Assembly (NCBI GenBank): GCA_951406725.2
Contig: OX597836.1
Coordinates: 47,616,001-47,680,000 of the forward strand
Source of the DNA: Octopus vulgaris
Taxonomy: Eukaryota
Reading direction: 5' to 3'
Length of the DNA: 64,000 nt
Position numbers and translations under genes: made by a program. This document shows positions 25,912-38,073 of the stretch, piece after piece; within the stretch, counting starts at the first letter, position 1; every line of letters begins with the position of its first letter. The notes beneath the pieces are model-generated. The model was not told the origin of the DNA, searched no databases, and was given only the letters and a program-made list of their open reading frames with translations.

Positions 25912-26460
25912 TAGGCGCAGGCATGACTATGTGGTAATAAGCTTGCTTACCAACCACATGGTTCTAGGTTCAGTCCCACTGCATGGCACCTTGGGCAAGT
26001 GTCTTCTACTAGAGCCTCAGGCTGGCCAAAACCGTGCGGGTGGATCTGATAGATGGAAACTGAAAGAAACCCACCATATACATGTGTGTGTATGTCTTTG
26101 TGTTTGTTCCCACCACCACTACCACTTAACAAATGGTGCTGATGTGTTTAAATCCCTGTAACTTAGCAGTTCAGCAAAAGAGTGCAGTAGAATAAGTACC
26201 AGGCTTATAAACAAATAAGTACTAGGATCAAGTGTCTTCTACTATAGCTTTGTGAGTGGATTTGGTACAAGGAAACTGAAAGAAGCCCATCGTGTGTGTG
26301 GGTGTGTGTGTGTGTGCACACGCATGTGTTTGTCCTCCACCACCGCTTGACAACCATTGTTGATGTGTTTACACCCCCAGAATTTAGCAGTTCAGCTAAA
26401 GAAATCGATAGGCTTTAAAAGAACCTAGTCCTGGGGGTCAATTGATTCGACTAAAACTTC
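25912..26460 (+). mobile_element. SINE major family: old copy followed by a second partial copy
   Basis: Head at 25912; body restarts at aagtgtcttctactatagc near 26230. Confidence 0.85.
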
Positions 26461-26696
26461 TGCCACAGTTGCATGTAGCTTAGATCAGGTCTCTCATCTG
26501 AGAATCACGCAGTGTATTTGATGAGCTGCTTTCTATTGTAATGATCCTCCACTCCTGCTACAAGTCTCAAGTGCCTGTTAAAAAGGCCATGAGTGCTGTC
26601 CTTTGTCTGATAAAGCAATTAAAAATACAAAGAAAAGATTTACACCACCACCCACAATGCTACTAACACATCTCTAAAAGATGAGGTTAATAATCT

Positions 26697-26912
26697 TTAA
26701 TCTTTCAGCATTTAATCCAGCCATATCCATCCCAAATATTCTACCTGTTTTATATCAAAACTGACCAGATCCAACCTCTCACACCTACCCTACAGTGTCA
26801 TTATCAAACACACCATAAAAAATCTTGAAGCTACAAGATAATGCATGATTAATTCAAAACAATGTGAATAAGCAATACATTTGACAAAGAAATCTGAATG
26901 CTAAAAGATTAA
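26697..26912 (+). mobile_element. TTAA-type MITE, family A
   Basis: ttaa-tctttcagcatt...aatgctaaaaga-ttaa; body matches other copies. Confidence 0.8.
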
Positions 26913-27035
26913 AGATAATCCGACATTTAAACATCACCGTTTTTTGGCTCAACCACTTTTCACACTCTCATACAGAATAACTTTATCTTTTGATATTAAT
27001 TCATTTCTGCTGCTCAGCAATGTTTTCAAACTAAT

Positions 27036-27349
27036 GTGGCCCGAATAGCCTCCGTGCCGGTGGCACGTAAAAAGCACCATCTGACCGTGGCCGTTGCCAG
27101 CTCCGTCTGGTCCCCGTGCCGGTGGCACGTAAAAAGCACCATCCGACCGTGGCCGTCTGCCAGCCTCGTCTGGCACCTGTGCCGGTGGCATGTAAAAAGC
27201 ACCCACTACACTCACAGAGTGGTTGGCGTTAGGAAGGGCATCCAGCTGTAGAAACACTGCCAGATCAGACTGGGCCTGGTGCAGCCTTCTGGCTTCACAA
27301 ACCCCAGTTGAACCGTCCAACCCATGCCAGCATGGAAAGCAGACGTTAA

Positions 27350-27389
<40 letters not shown>
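27036..27389 (+). mobile_element. RTE LINE 3' UTR with long (GAT)n tail
   Basis: Three gtgccggtggcac units, family tail, ~13 GAT repeats. Confidence 0.92.
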
Positions 27390-27390
<1 letters not shown>

Positions 27391-27614
27391 GTGCCATCAC
27401 ACACATTTACCAGCTTAGATTCTGCTAAACCTTGCATTAATATTTTGTTGGAGATGCCTAATTCAAGCGTAATCTGGGGTTTCCTTTTAACAAGAAAGGC
27501 TAAAACATAACAGCAAAAACTAAAACTATTACAGTTTTAGTTCCTATCAATGCTGAATGCAGGAGTTGCCATTATTGTTGTTATTTAGCCCCAGGTCAAT
27601 ATTAATTCAACATA

Positions 27615-27735
27615 TCAAGGTGGTGTTCAAAGGTTTTCCGAGAGACACAGAGAGGAATGTATGCACCAGATTCCAGAGCTGTTTTGGGGTCATGGTGGAA
27701 GCAAAGGACAGCTACTTTGAGTAAACTGTTATCTC
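27615..27735 (+). mobile_element. maT-type transposase C-terminal relic
   Basis: Aligns by eye with 54888-55010. Confidence 0.5.
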
Positions 27736-27855
27736 CCTGTTATCTCCCATTCTTTCATAATAATAAGAAAATGTTAAAAACAGTTTACAAGGAAATATCT
27801 TGAGAAAATATTAAACAAAAAGTATTAGGAGCTCAATAAAAATCATGTTTGGTAG

Positions 27856-27887
<32 letters not shown>

Positions 27888-29491
27888 GGAGATATATTTA
27901 GGAGTCTACAAAGAATTTGAGATGAACTGACCTGTTTTAGCATTTTTTATTTTGTGTGAAGCTAAGGGTTGTTTGCTATTTTAAGGGACAGTGTGGGAGG
28001 TTGGGTGGGTGAAGAAAGACAAATGTGGAATTGAAAGGATTTTTTTGTTTCTGTGTTAGTCTGTCATGGTTCAGTGGTTTTGGGGACTAGTCTTAGAGGT
28101 CAGAATGGTCGGGGTGGTGTGTGTAGGTGTGTGCATGTACGTGTTTATATTATATATGTGTGTGTGTGAGTGTTGGTTATGGTTGCTAGAATCATATTGC
28201 AAGTGTATATATGTATGTGTTTTTTCTTGGAATGTGTGAGGGTTTGTGCTCTAGTGTGGGGATATTGTGTTTATGTGTGTGTGTATGGTGTGTGTGTGTG
28301 TGTGTATGGTATGTGTGTGTGTTTGCATCAGAGGTTTGCATTGTTTTTGTGTGTGTGTGATTTTGTATATCTGTATGTGTTTCTGTGTGTTTTGTTTTGG
28401 ATGTGTGCCTGAGGGGTATGTTAGAGTATGTTGAGTTGTGGTCTGTATTTTTGAATAAGATTATTTTCCCTATTTATTCATGTTTGGTCAGTAGTGTTGT
28501 CCGGGCATTGGTATAGTGGGAAAACTAGGAATTTGGGGAACTTGTGTGCACAGAGATCTAAATGCCCACTAAGTGGTATCTGTCTTGCGGTGGGATCCCT
28601 CAATTGTTGGCGGTGAACTGTCATTCTTTCCAATCTTGCATGGGAGAAGACTGCACTTAACTTCATTGTTTGTTGTGTGTGTGTGATTGTTATTAATCCA
28701 AACAAGTGAAGGAACAGAAGAAATTAAAATGCACAGAGAATATATTAGAATTAATTAGAATTTAATTGTATTTTAAAATTAGAAATACACTTGACCGGTT
28801 TCACATTAGATTTTCAAAAATGTATAGTGTTTGGAAATGTGTTGTGAATTATGTCAACTCTGGCCATTGTGATAAAAATAGTTTGTTTTTTAAGTAGGAA
28901 TGTGACTCGGAATGTTTTCTGTTAACATACAAATCGATTGGTCAACATTCCTCTCTTACACTCATGTGACAGTAACACAAGAAGGTCACACAAAAGTTTT
29001 CCTCCATTGAATATGTCATATGACAGTTTAGCAAAGAGATATAAATAACCAATGTAATTATTGTTTACATAAAAAGTGTTACAGATAATTATTGTCAAAG
29101 AATGTGATCCATTAGTATTAATTCCATCCTATTGCACAAGTCAAAACATATCCCTTTTTTTTGTTAACAAGGCATGGGTAAGATAACAAGGTGTTGGATT
29201 AATTTTGGTTTTCTTAACAACTTCAAGCAGACATTCTACAATAATTCAGAGAAGGAGTCTCAGGAATTGCTGATGGTTTTTATATGTTCAGCAGCAGCAG
29301 CAGCTTGTATTAAATAAATGAACTTTCTTTATTAATTGCTTGGTCTGGAGCATAGTCCAAGATAGAGTCAGAAGGTAAGAAATCTGAGAGATTTGGTTTT
29401 TGTGCAAGTGTCCAGATTTTCACTCAGGGGAATTTGTCTTGTTTTGGGGGTTGCATAGTTATTGACAATGAATATTTAATCTCATTCTTAA

Positions 29492-29712
29492 CCCTTTCGT
29501 TACTGTACTTATTTTGAGATGCTCTCTGTTCCTTTCAATTATTTTAAATATAACAAAGAATTTAGTAAAATAACTCAGTTATCATTCAACTAGTGTTAGG
29601 TATATAAATTGCGACTAAGGTTTGGTGGAAGATTTCAATGCAAAACTTATGAAAACAAGACATTTGTACTACAGAGCCAGAGCCGGTTTTGGCCGGGTTG
29701 GTAACGAAAGGG
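29492..29712. mobile_element. piggyBac-like MITE, family B, intact
   Basis: Perfect 12-bp TIR ccctttcgttac/gtaacgaaaggg flanked by TTAA on both sides. Confidence 0.93.
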
Positions 29713-30378
29713 TTAAAGTGGGTTTAGTTTCTCCAATGTAGTCTTCCCTGCATCCACTGCCGTTTAGTACCTTTTGGTTTGCAGTTGATGCCAGTCTCTA
29801 TGTTTGTGTCATTCTTAATACTTCACTTTCTTCCTCTTTCTAACACTACCAAATCTCAATCCAACACTAACTTCTATCCCCCACTCAGCAACACTGTTGC
29901 AACTACACTACACTAGCATACACCAGATGTGCTCCCACACACAAATATCAGAAGCACACACACACATATATGTAGACACATACACACCAGATGTAAAAAC
30001 ACATGCACATGTATTCACCCAGATAAACACACATACATTCACACATTCACATAACTACAGGAATGCACATGCTCATGCTCCACTAAATGTCCATACGCAC
30101 ACACCTACACATGCATTCTAAACAGAAACAGCCACATGCAGCAGATGCTGACTTAAATGTATTTGCACACACACACACACACACACAAAACCAATAAATA
30201 CATAGTTGACACATACATCCACATTTACGCCCAGATAAGTACCCACGTATGGCTCTTATGCACCTGCACTCACACACACACACACAACCTAGCAAACGTA
30301 CACACACACACATGGTTGATACACATCCACATCCATACATAAGCACACCCTAGCAAACATATACAAATGAAATGATAC

Positions 30379-30612
30379 CTATTTCTTTATTACCCACAAG
30401 GGGCTAAACACAAAGGGGACAAACAAGGACAGACAAATGGATTAAGTCGATTGCATCGACCCCAGTGCGTAACTGGTACTTAATTTATCGACCCCGAAAG
30501 GATGAAAGGCAAAGTCGACCTCGGCGGAATTTGAACTCAGAACGTAACAGCAGACAAAATACAGCTACGCATTTCGCCCGGCGTGCTAACGTTTCTGCCA
30601 GCTCGCCACCTT
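30379..30612 (-). mobile_element. Second tRNA-derived SINE family (Meta/MESC-like core), young
   Basis: Head aaggtggcgagctggcagaa...gagttcaaattcc, core gcctttcatcctttcggggtcgataaattaagtacc; perfect 14-bp TSD aaatgaaatgatac (30365-30378, 30613-30626). Confidence 0.92.
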
Positions 30613-31061
30613 AAATGAAATGATACAATAAGCCCTTACCCACACACAGCAGATACACACACATATAAGCACCAGACACCCACATCTATGCACTCATACA
30701 ACTGGTGTACACACACACACACACACATGCTCTTACTAGCCATAGGTCTAAATCTGTACAAGTCCCTTTCGGAGACCAGCCAGACACCATCAGTTTCCTG
30801 TTCAGCCACACAGTCCAAGAAATTCTCCTCCGCAATGTATTTGGTATTGCTAGAATGACAATGTCACTTCTAACAACACCATGTGACCTGCCTCCACAAA
30901 TAGTAGCCCAGTTTCTGCTAACCATCTTGGACTTTCCTGCACCTCTCCATTTGGCAACCTCAACCCAACAAGCTAGGGTAGTATAAGAAGCCTACGAAAC
31001 AGTTTTGAACAATTTGATTCTGTCCCATGCAACTTAAAGTTTCATACGCTTCATACTCTTC

Positions 31062-31259
31062 CAGGAAGAGGCTCGTCTTCTAGGCTATATTTTCTGGGTC
31101 AGAATTTCTGGAACCACTGTTGACACTGGCTTACACTTATTGTCCAATCCCCATATATTGCTTTAATATTCCTCGCACTTTCCATTGCATTATTGAACTT
31201 TATTGAACTCATAAAGCAAAATATGCCAAATATTCACCTTTGTTACTTGCATTATAGCA
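31062..31259 (-). mobile_element. 198-bp inverted copy of mariner segment 33944-34141
   Basis: 6 mismatches in 198 bp; no TIR of its own. Confidence 0.93.
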
Positions 31260-31410
31260 CGGAGTGGTTGGCGTTAGGAAGGGCATCCAGCCGTAGAAAC
31301 ACTGCCAGATCAGACTGGGCCTGATGCAGCCTTCTGGCTTCACAGACCCCAGCTGAACCATCCAACCCATGCTTGAATGGAAGGCGGATGCTAAATGATG
31401 ATGATGATGA

Positions 31411-31413
<3 letters not shown>
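31260..31413 (+). mobile_element. RTE LINE extreme 3' tail
   Basis: gagtggttggcgttaggaagggcatccagc...(GAT)n; another old tail at 32005-32191. Confidence 0.9.
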
Positions 31414-31457
<44 letters not shown>

Positions 31458-31595
31458 TGTGTCTGTAGGGAGTCATTCTCTTTTTAGTGCCTTAATATTT
31501 AACACACTAAAAGAGAATGACTCTCCCCAGACACAACAGAATATGCTTCAACACATGAATTCACATAAAGAATCTTTCAAACCAACTCGAAAAAT

Positions 31596-31648
<53 letters not shown>

Positions 31649-31710
31649 CGGAGATGTACTCGCATAGCAAGTAATTTGATCTGAGATCGTGTGCTGAAAC
31701 GAAAACAATT

Positions 31711-31759
<49 letters not shown>

Positions 31760-32217
31760 CACATGGATGGTGTCTGTTTATCTGGCTGGTCTCTGAAAGG
31801 GACTTGCACAAATTCAGATCCATGGCTGGCAAGGGCATGTGTGTGTGTGTGTGTGTGGATGTGAGTATGCATACACACCAAATGTATGAGTGCATAGATG
31901 TGGGTATCTAATGCCTCTATGTGTGTGTCTGAAGTGTGTGGGTAAGAGCTGATGGTATCAGTTCATTGGTGTATATGTGCATGTTTGCTAGGGTGTGCTT
32001 GTGTGCTGGTGCCACATAAAAAGCACTCAGTCTACTTTGGGAGATGGCTGGTGTTAGGAAGGGCATCCAGCCATAAAAAACTATGCCAAGACAGACACAG
32101 TAGCTTGGTGTAGTCTTCCATCTGCAGAATTCCTATCAAACCATCCAACCCATGCCAGCATGGAAGGTGGACATTAAATGATGATGATGATACATAGATA
32201 CACACACACACATTATA

Positions 32218-32250
<33 letters not shown>

Positions 32251-32269
32251 TACATATATATATATTACA

Positions 32270-32432
32270 TAGGCGCAGGAGTGGCTTGTGGTAAGTAACT
32301 TGCTAACCAACCACATGGTTCCGGGTTCAGTCCGACTGCGTGGCATCTTGGGCAAGTGTCTTCTGCTATAGCCCCGGGCCAACCAATGCCTTGTGAGTGG
32401 ATTTGGTAGACGGAAACTGAAAGAAGCCTGTC

Positions 32433-32516
<84 letters not shown>

Positions 32517-32730
32517 TTGTGTGTCTGTGTTTGTCCCCCTAGCATTGCTTGACAACCGATGCTGATGTGTTTACATCCCCGTCACATAGCGGTTCGGCAA
32601 AAGAGACCGATAGAATAAGTACTGGGCTTACAAAGAATAAGTCCCGGGGTCGATTTTCTCGACTAAAGGCGGTGCTCCAGCATGGCCGCAGTAAGATGAC
32701 TGAAACAAGTAAAAAAGTAAGTAAAGTAAA
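32270..32730 (+). mobile_element. tRNA-derived SINE, major family, young
   Basis: Full consensus with expanded (AT)n centre. Confidence 0.95.
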
Positions 32731-33277
32731 AGTATAACATATATAACATGTATATATTACATGTAACATAAATGTATGTAACATGTAATATGTACTACAC
32801 TACCCACAACCTGTTGGATCATTGATGGTTCAGGTTATGAAACATTGAAGCTGATCTCAACATTGCACTGAAATGAAAGTTGATTTTATGATGATTCAGT
32901 GAAATATTTCAATTTGTTTGTGTCATCATAGGTCTGTTTACAAGTTCATGTTAAAGGTTTTATTGATTATTTACAGCATCCCATAGAAATAGATCTTCCG
33001 GGATAAACTTGAACTCCAGTAACAGCATTTATTTATGGCCTGTGTGCATACTTCTACAAAAAATGCAAAAGTAATTGTTGTATAACATAAAATTAATGGA
33101 AACAATTTTCACAGTATTATATATATTCCCATTTCAGGGTTACGTTACTTTCGGAGTGTTTTTACATTATGTACCGTTTTGGCTGTATTAAATTTCAAGC
33201 ATGCAAGCAATCACAGCAGTGCCCCAGCGTGCCCACAGCCTCAAGGCTGAAACATTCAAGTATGTGTGTATGTATAC

Positions 33278-33319
<42 letters not shown>

Positions 33320-33321
<2 letters not shown>

Positions 33322-33744
33322 TCTTACTCTTTTACTCTTTTACTTGTTTCAGTCATTTGACTGCGGCCATGCTGGAGCACCGCCTTTAGTCGAGCAAATC
33401 GCCCCCAGGACTTATTCTTTGTAAGCCTAGGACTTATTCTTTGTAAGCCTAGTACTTATTCTATCAGTCTCTTTTGCCGAACCGCTAAGTTACGGGGATG
33501 TAAACACACTAGCATCGGTTGTCAAACAATGTTGGGGGGACAAACACAGACACACAAACATATACACACACATACATATATATAACAGGCTTCTTTCAGT
33601 TTCCGTCTACCAAATCCACTCACAAGGCTTTGGTCGGCCCAAGGCTATAGTTAGAAGACACTTGCCCAAGGTGCCACGCAGTAGGACTGAACCCGGAACC
33701 ATGTGGTTGGTAAGGAAGCTACTTACCACACCGCCACTCCTGCG

Positions 33745-33748
<4 letters not shown>
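33320..33748 (-). mobile_element. tRNA-derived SINE, major family, young, with internal ~22-bp duplication
   Basis: Full consensus; ggacttattctttgtaagccta tandemly duplicated. Confidence 0.95.
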
Positions 33749-33786
<38 letters not shown>

Positions 33787-33787
<1 letters not shown>

Positions 33788-35082
33788 AGGGTCATCCCAT
33801 AAATGATGTGGTTTCTTTCAATTGCATGAATTAGAAGTCAGAGGGAATGGGATAAATTACCTGCATCAACTAGCTATGAAAGCAGGTAGTATTCTTAGTG
33901 CAAGTTTGAAGAGTTCAGTTCGATTTTGGCAGTTATTTTTCAATGCTATAATGCAAGTAACAAAGGAGAATATTTGGCATATTTTGCTTTATGAGTTCAA
34001 TAAAATCCAACAACGCAATGGAAAGTGCGAGGAATATTAAAGCAATATATGGGGATTGGACAATAAGTGTAAGCCAGTGTCAACAGTGGTTCCAGAAATT
34101 CTGACCCAGAAAATATAGCCTAGAAGACAAGCCTCTTCCTGCAAGATCTGTAGAGCTCAACATGCATAATGACATGCATAAGATCTGGTCATCAAATCTA
34201 AGTAGAGACTTCAAACTTGAAATCTTCAAAGCCACAGTCGAACCAATTCTACTCTTCTCCTCTGGAAGCCATCTGCTTGTGATACCAGAGGGCGCACACT
34301 CTCCTACCCTGATGTTATCTCCAGGGATACAGGCATCCAGCAACAGGACCTCCGTAATGCCATGATGGACCGTGAAGTCTGGCGTAGCATGGTAAATTCC
34401 ATTGTCTCGACCACGGTCGAACAATGATGATGATGAGAGCTCAACAAGAACGTCCTGCAAGCCCTAATTGAACAAAACCTCGTAACTGTTGAGAAATTTG
34501 CATTTGGTCATTCAACCATTCATCAACAGCTATGAGCCATCAGAAAAGTCAGAAAATTGGATCAATGAGTTCATCACAAACTCTCAGAATATAATCGTGC
34601 GCAGAGAGTGAATGTATGCTCTTCTTTGCTGTCATGTCTCATGAATGGACCTATTTTGGACTGAATAGTGACAAGAAATGGGTTCTGTATAAAAATGTCA
34701 AGCACCGAAGACAGTGGGTAGGGAAAAGAGAAACACAAGCATCCCAGGCCAAAGAATGTCTTCATCCACATAAGGTGTTGTTATCTGTTTGGTGGTATAT
34801 GAAAGGTTTAGTCTACTTTGAACTTTTAAACCAAAACCAAACAATAACAAAGGACGGAAAAAATATGAATTCTGTAGATGACATCAGAACAGAACTGGAT
34901 GAGTATTTTTCATCACGGACAAATGAATTTTGGAAGAGGGGCCTTGCAAGTCTACCATATAAATGAAGAGCATTGTAGAAAATGAAGGAGGGTATATATT
35001 GGATTTTTAAAAAACTGGTTATCCTAATTTTAAAAAATAAAGGAAGTATAAAAAAACACATTATTTATGGGATGACCCAATA
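33787..35082 (+). mobile_element. Mariner-type transposon with both TIRs, internally deleted and interrupted
   Basis: TIRs tagggtcatcccataaat / atttatgggatgacccaata; relic motifs DKKWVLY, LHPHKVLLSVWW, EFWKRGLASLP; same family as 5224. Confidence 0.93.
34163..34435 (+). mobile_element. RTE-like LINE fragment (second family) nested in the mariner
   Basis: KIWSSNLSRDFKLEIFKATVEPILL then AMMDREVWRSMV, (TGA)n tail, 11-bp TSD agagctcaaca (34152-34162, 34436-34446). Confidence 0.88.
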
Positions 35083-35141
35083 TATATACATATATAGATA
35101 GATAGATATATAAATACATTACATTTAACATAATACATATA

Positions 35142-36348
35142 CAGGGGTTGGACAAAATAATGGAAACACTTTAAAATTTCAAACAAATATATTTTAGTAT
35201 GGGGTAGGACCGCCTTTGGCAGTAATTACAGCTTGAATTTTATGAGCTATGGACTCATGCAAAGTTTGAATTGTTTTCAAAGGAATTTTTGTCCATTCTT
35301 CAGCTAAAGCGCTCTCCAGTTCTTGTAGCGATGATGGTCGAGGATATCGACTCCTTACTTGTTTTTCTAAAATGCACCATAAATGTTCAATAATATTGAG
35401 ATCTGGGGACTGTGGTGGCCAGATACGATGTTCATCTTCACTAGAATGTTCCTTGTGCCATTCAGTAACAACTTTAGCTTTGTGAATTGGTGCATTATCA
35501 TCCTGAAAAATTGTATTTTCCCCCAGAAACAGTTCCGCAACCACAGGATGAATTTGATCAGATAAAATGCTTAAATAATCTTGACTATTAATTCTGCCAT
35601 GAAGGGAAGCCATTGGGCCGGCGGATTTCCAAGAATACAGCCCTCCAGATCATCACAGATCCTTCTCCATATTTAACAGTTGTATACTCAGATTGTGGTC
35701 AGAAATAAGGTAAAAGATGACTCATCCGAGAAAATAACATACTTCCACTGCTCAATTCTGTAGGTTTTTACTCCACTCTAAAGACTTTGCAACGTTTGTT
35801 TTTGAAAGTGGTGGTTTTCTGATTGCAGCCCTCCATGAAATCTGGCTTTGTGCAGCTCCCAGCAAACAGCTTTTGTGGAAACTTGGTTCTCAAGGTGGTC
35901 ATTAAGCTCTGCAGTAATTTTGGGACCTGTACTTTTGTGATCCTTTCTAACAATTCACATTAGAGTCCGACGGTCTCCAACTGAAAGCTTTGGTTTTCTT
36001 CTGGAGTTTTGTTTCGACGAGGAGGTTTCTCCCTCTTTCTCAAGGCTGTCATTACTTTCAAGACAGTACTTCTTGATACACCAAACATTTCGGCTGTTTT
36101 TGTTACACTAGCAACCTGCCATACAAGCACCAACAATTTGACCTCTTTGAAAGTCCAATAGATCTGTCATTTTAATGAATTTTAATTACCTTTTTCTGAT
36201 GATATCTGAAAAGAAACAGCAATTTTAGCAAAACAATTAAGCAACACTAATAATAAATCAAAAAACATAAAAATAAACAAGCTTTTGAAGGTTTTATAGA
36301 TATTTTATAGATATGATGCTAAGTGTTTCCATTATTTTGTCCAACCCC

Positions 36349-36350
<2 letters not shown>
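35142..36350 (-). mobile_element. Tc1-like DD36E (Incomer-type) transposon, both TIRs, pseudogenised transposase 36170->35194
   Basis: ~28-bp TIRs caggggttggacaaaataatggaaacac in TA sites; MTDLLDFQRGQIVGA start, VIFSDES, FQDDNAPIH...WPPQSPDLNIIE, end GGPTPY. Confidence 0.92.
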
Positions 36351-36383
<33 letters not shown>

Positions 36384-36425
36384 GTTACATGTAACAGCTG
36401 TAAAAGCAATGTAACAGCTGTAACA

Positions 36426-37701
36426 GTCAATGTAGCAAAGACCAAAGTTTTAGTAAGTAGGAAGGCGAACTCGTCACACACCCCCTTAGGTAGGTGGCCC
36501 TGCTCGATCTGTAGAAAAGGTGTAGGTAGAAACTCCATAAGATGTACCCAGTGTAAACTATGGACACATGGAGCAACATCAAAGGAAAATTAACCAAGAA
36601 GATAGCTTTTGTGTGCGGCAGATGCACAGGGGCAATTGACACCATTGATACTCAGAAAACAGATTCCATTACACTCCAGGGGGAGAAACTAGAATTAGTT
36701 GATAGTTTCCGCTACCTAGGTGACCAAGTTAGTAGTGGGGGTGGATGTTCAGATAGTGTTACCACTATAATAAGAATAGCCTGGAAAAAGTTTAGAAAGC
36801 TTCTTCCCCTACTGGTGACAAAGGGTCTCTTGCTCAGAGTGAAAGGTAGATTGTATGACGCATGTGTGTGAACTACCATGTTTCACAGCAGTGAAACATG
36901 GGCTGTGACTGCGGAGGACATGCGTAGGCTCGAAAGAAATGAAGCTAGCATGATCCACTGGATGTCAGTGTCCATGCATGACAGAGTGTAAGTGCCCTGA
37001 GAGAAATGTTAGACATAAGAAGCATCGGACGTGGTGTGCAGGAAAGATGTTTGCATTGGTATGGTCATGTACTATGGATGGATGAGGAGAGATGGGTGAA
37101 GAAGTGCCACACCCAAACTGTTGAAGGAATCCGGGGTAGAGGTAGACCCAGGAAGACATGGGATGAGGTGGTCAAGCATGACCTTCATACCTTGGGCCTC
37201 ACAGATATGACGAAAGAGTGAGACCTCTGGAGATACGCTATGACTGCGAAGAGCCAACAAATGAAGTGAATTCATGGTTCACAGGACGGCCTGCTGTGCT
37301 AACCTTGGATCATAGGGCAACCTGCTGTGCTTGAGGAGACCTATTGAGTCAATTACATCAACATCAACATCAAAATAAAAATTAAATGGAAATTGTAGCT
37401 ATGATAACCGCCCTGGTGGCACATAAAATGCACCATCCAAACGTGGCTGATGCCAGCGCCGCTTGACTGGTGTCTGTGTCAGTGACACGTAAAAAGCACC
37501 AACCAATCATGCCCCTGTGCCAGTGGCACGTAAAAAGCACCCACTACACTTACGGAGTGGTTGGCATTAGGAAGGGCATCCAACCGTAGAAACACTGCCA
37601 GCTCAAGATTGGAGCCTGGCACAGCCTCCTGGCTTCCCAGACCCCAGTCGAACCATCCAACCCATGCTAGCATGGAAAACGGACATTAAACGACGATGAT
37701 G

Positions 37702-37707
<6 letters not shown>
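36426..37707 (+). mobile_element. RTE-clade LINE, longest 5'-truncated copy
   Basis: VNVAKTKVL, Cys-rich insert, VDSFRYLGD, RIAWKKFR, KGRLYDACV, WYGHVL, GRGRPRKTW, 3' UTR and (GAT)n tail; frameshifts. Confidence 0.95.
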
Positions 37708-37752
<45 letters not shown>

Positions 37753-37759
37753 ATATATA

Positions 37760-37919
37760 CACTCTCAGAGTGGTTGGCGTTAGGAAGGGCATCCAACCGT
37801 AGAAACACTGCCAGATTAAGATTGGAGCCTGGCACAGCCTCCTGGCTTCCCAGACCCCGGTCGAACCGTCCAACCCATGCCAGCATGAAAAACGGACATT
37901 TAACGATGATGATGATGAT
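37760..37919 (+). mobile_element. Second RTE tail in tandem with the previous element
   Basis: Shares the variant gattggagcctggcacagcctcctggcttcccagacccc with 37607-37645. Confidence 0.88.
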
Positions 37920-37940
37920 TACATGTAATATATATATACG

Positions 37941-37980
<40 letters not shown>

Positions 37981-38028
37981 ACGTTAAATTATGATGATGA
38001 TATATACACACACACATATATTACATGT

Positions 38029-38073
<45 letters not shown>

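Noticed and set aside
28545-28595. CAQRSKCPLSGICL motif like a Penelope RT-endonuclease linker
   Set aside because: Too short, and no supporting RT or GIY-YIG frame could be read
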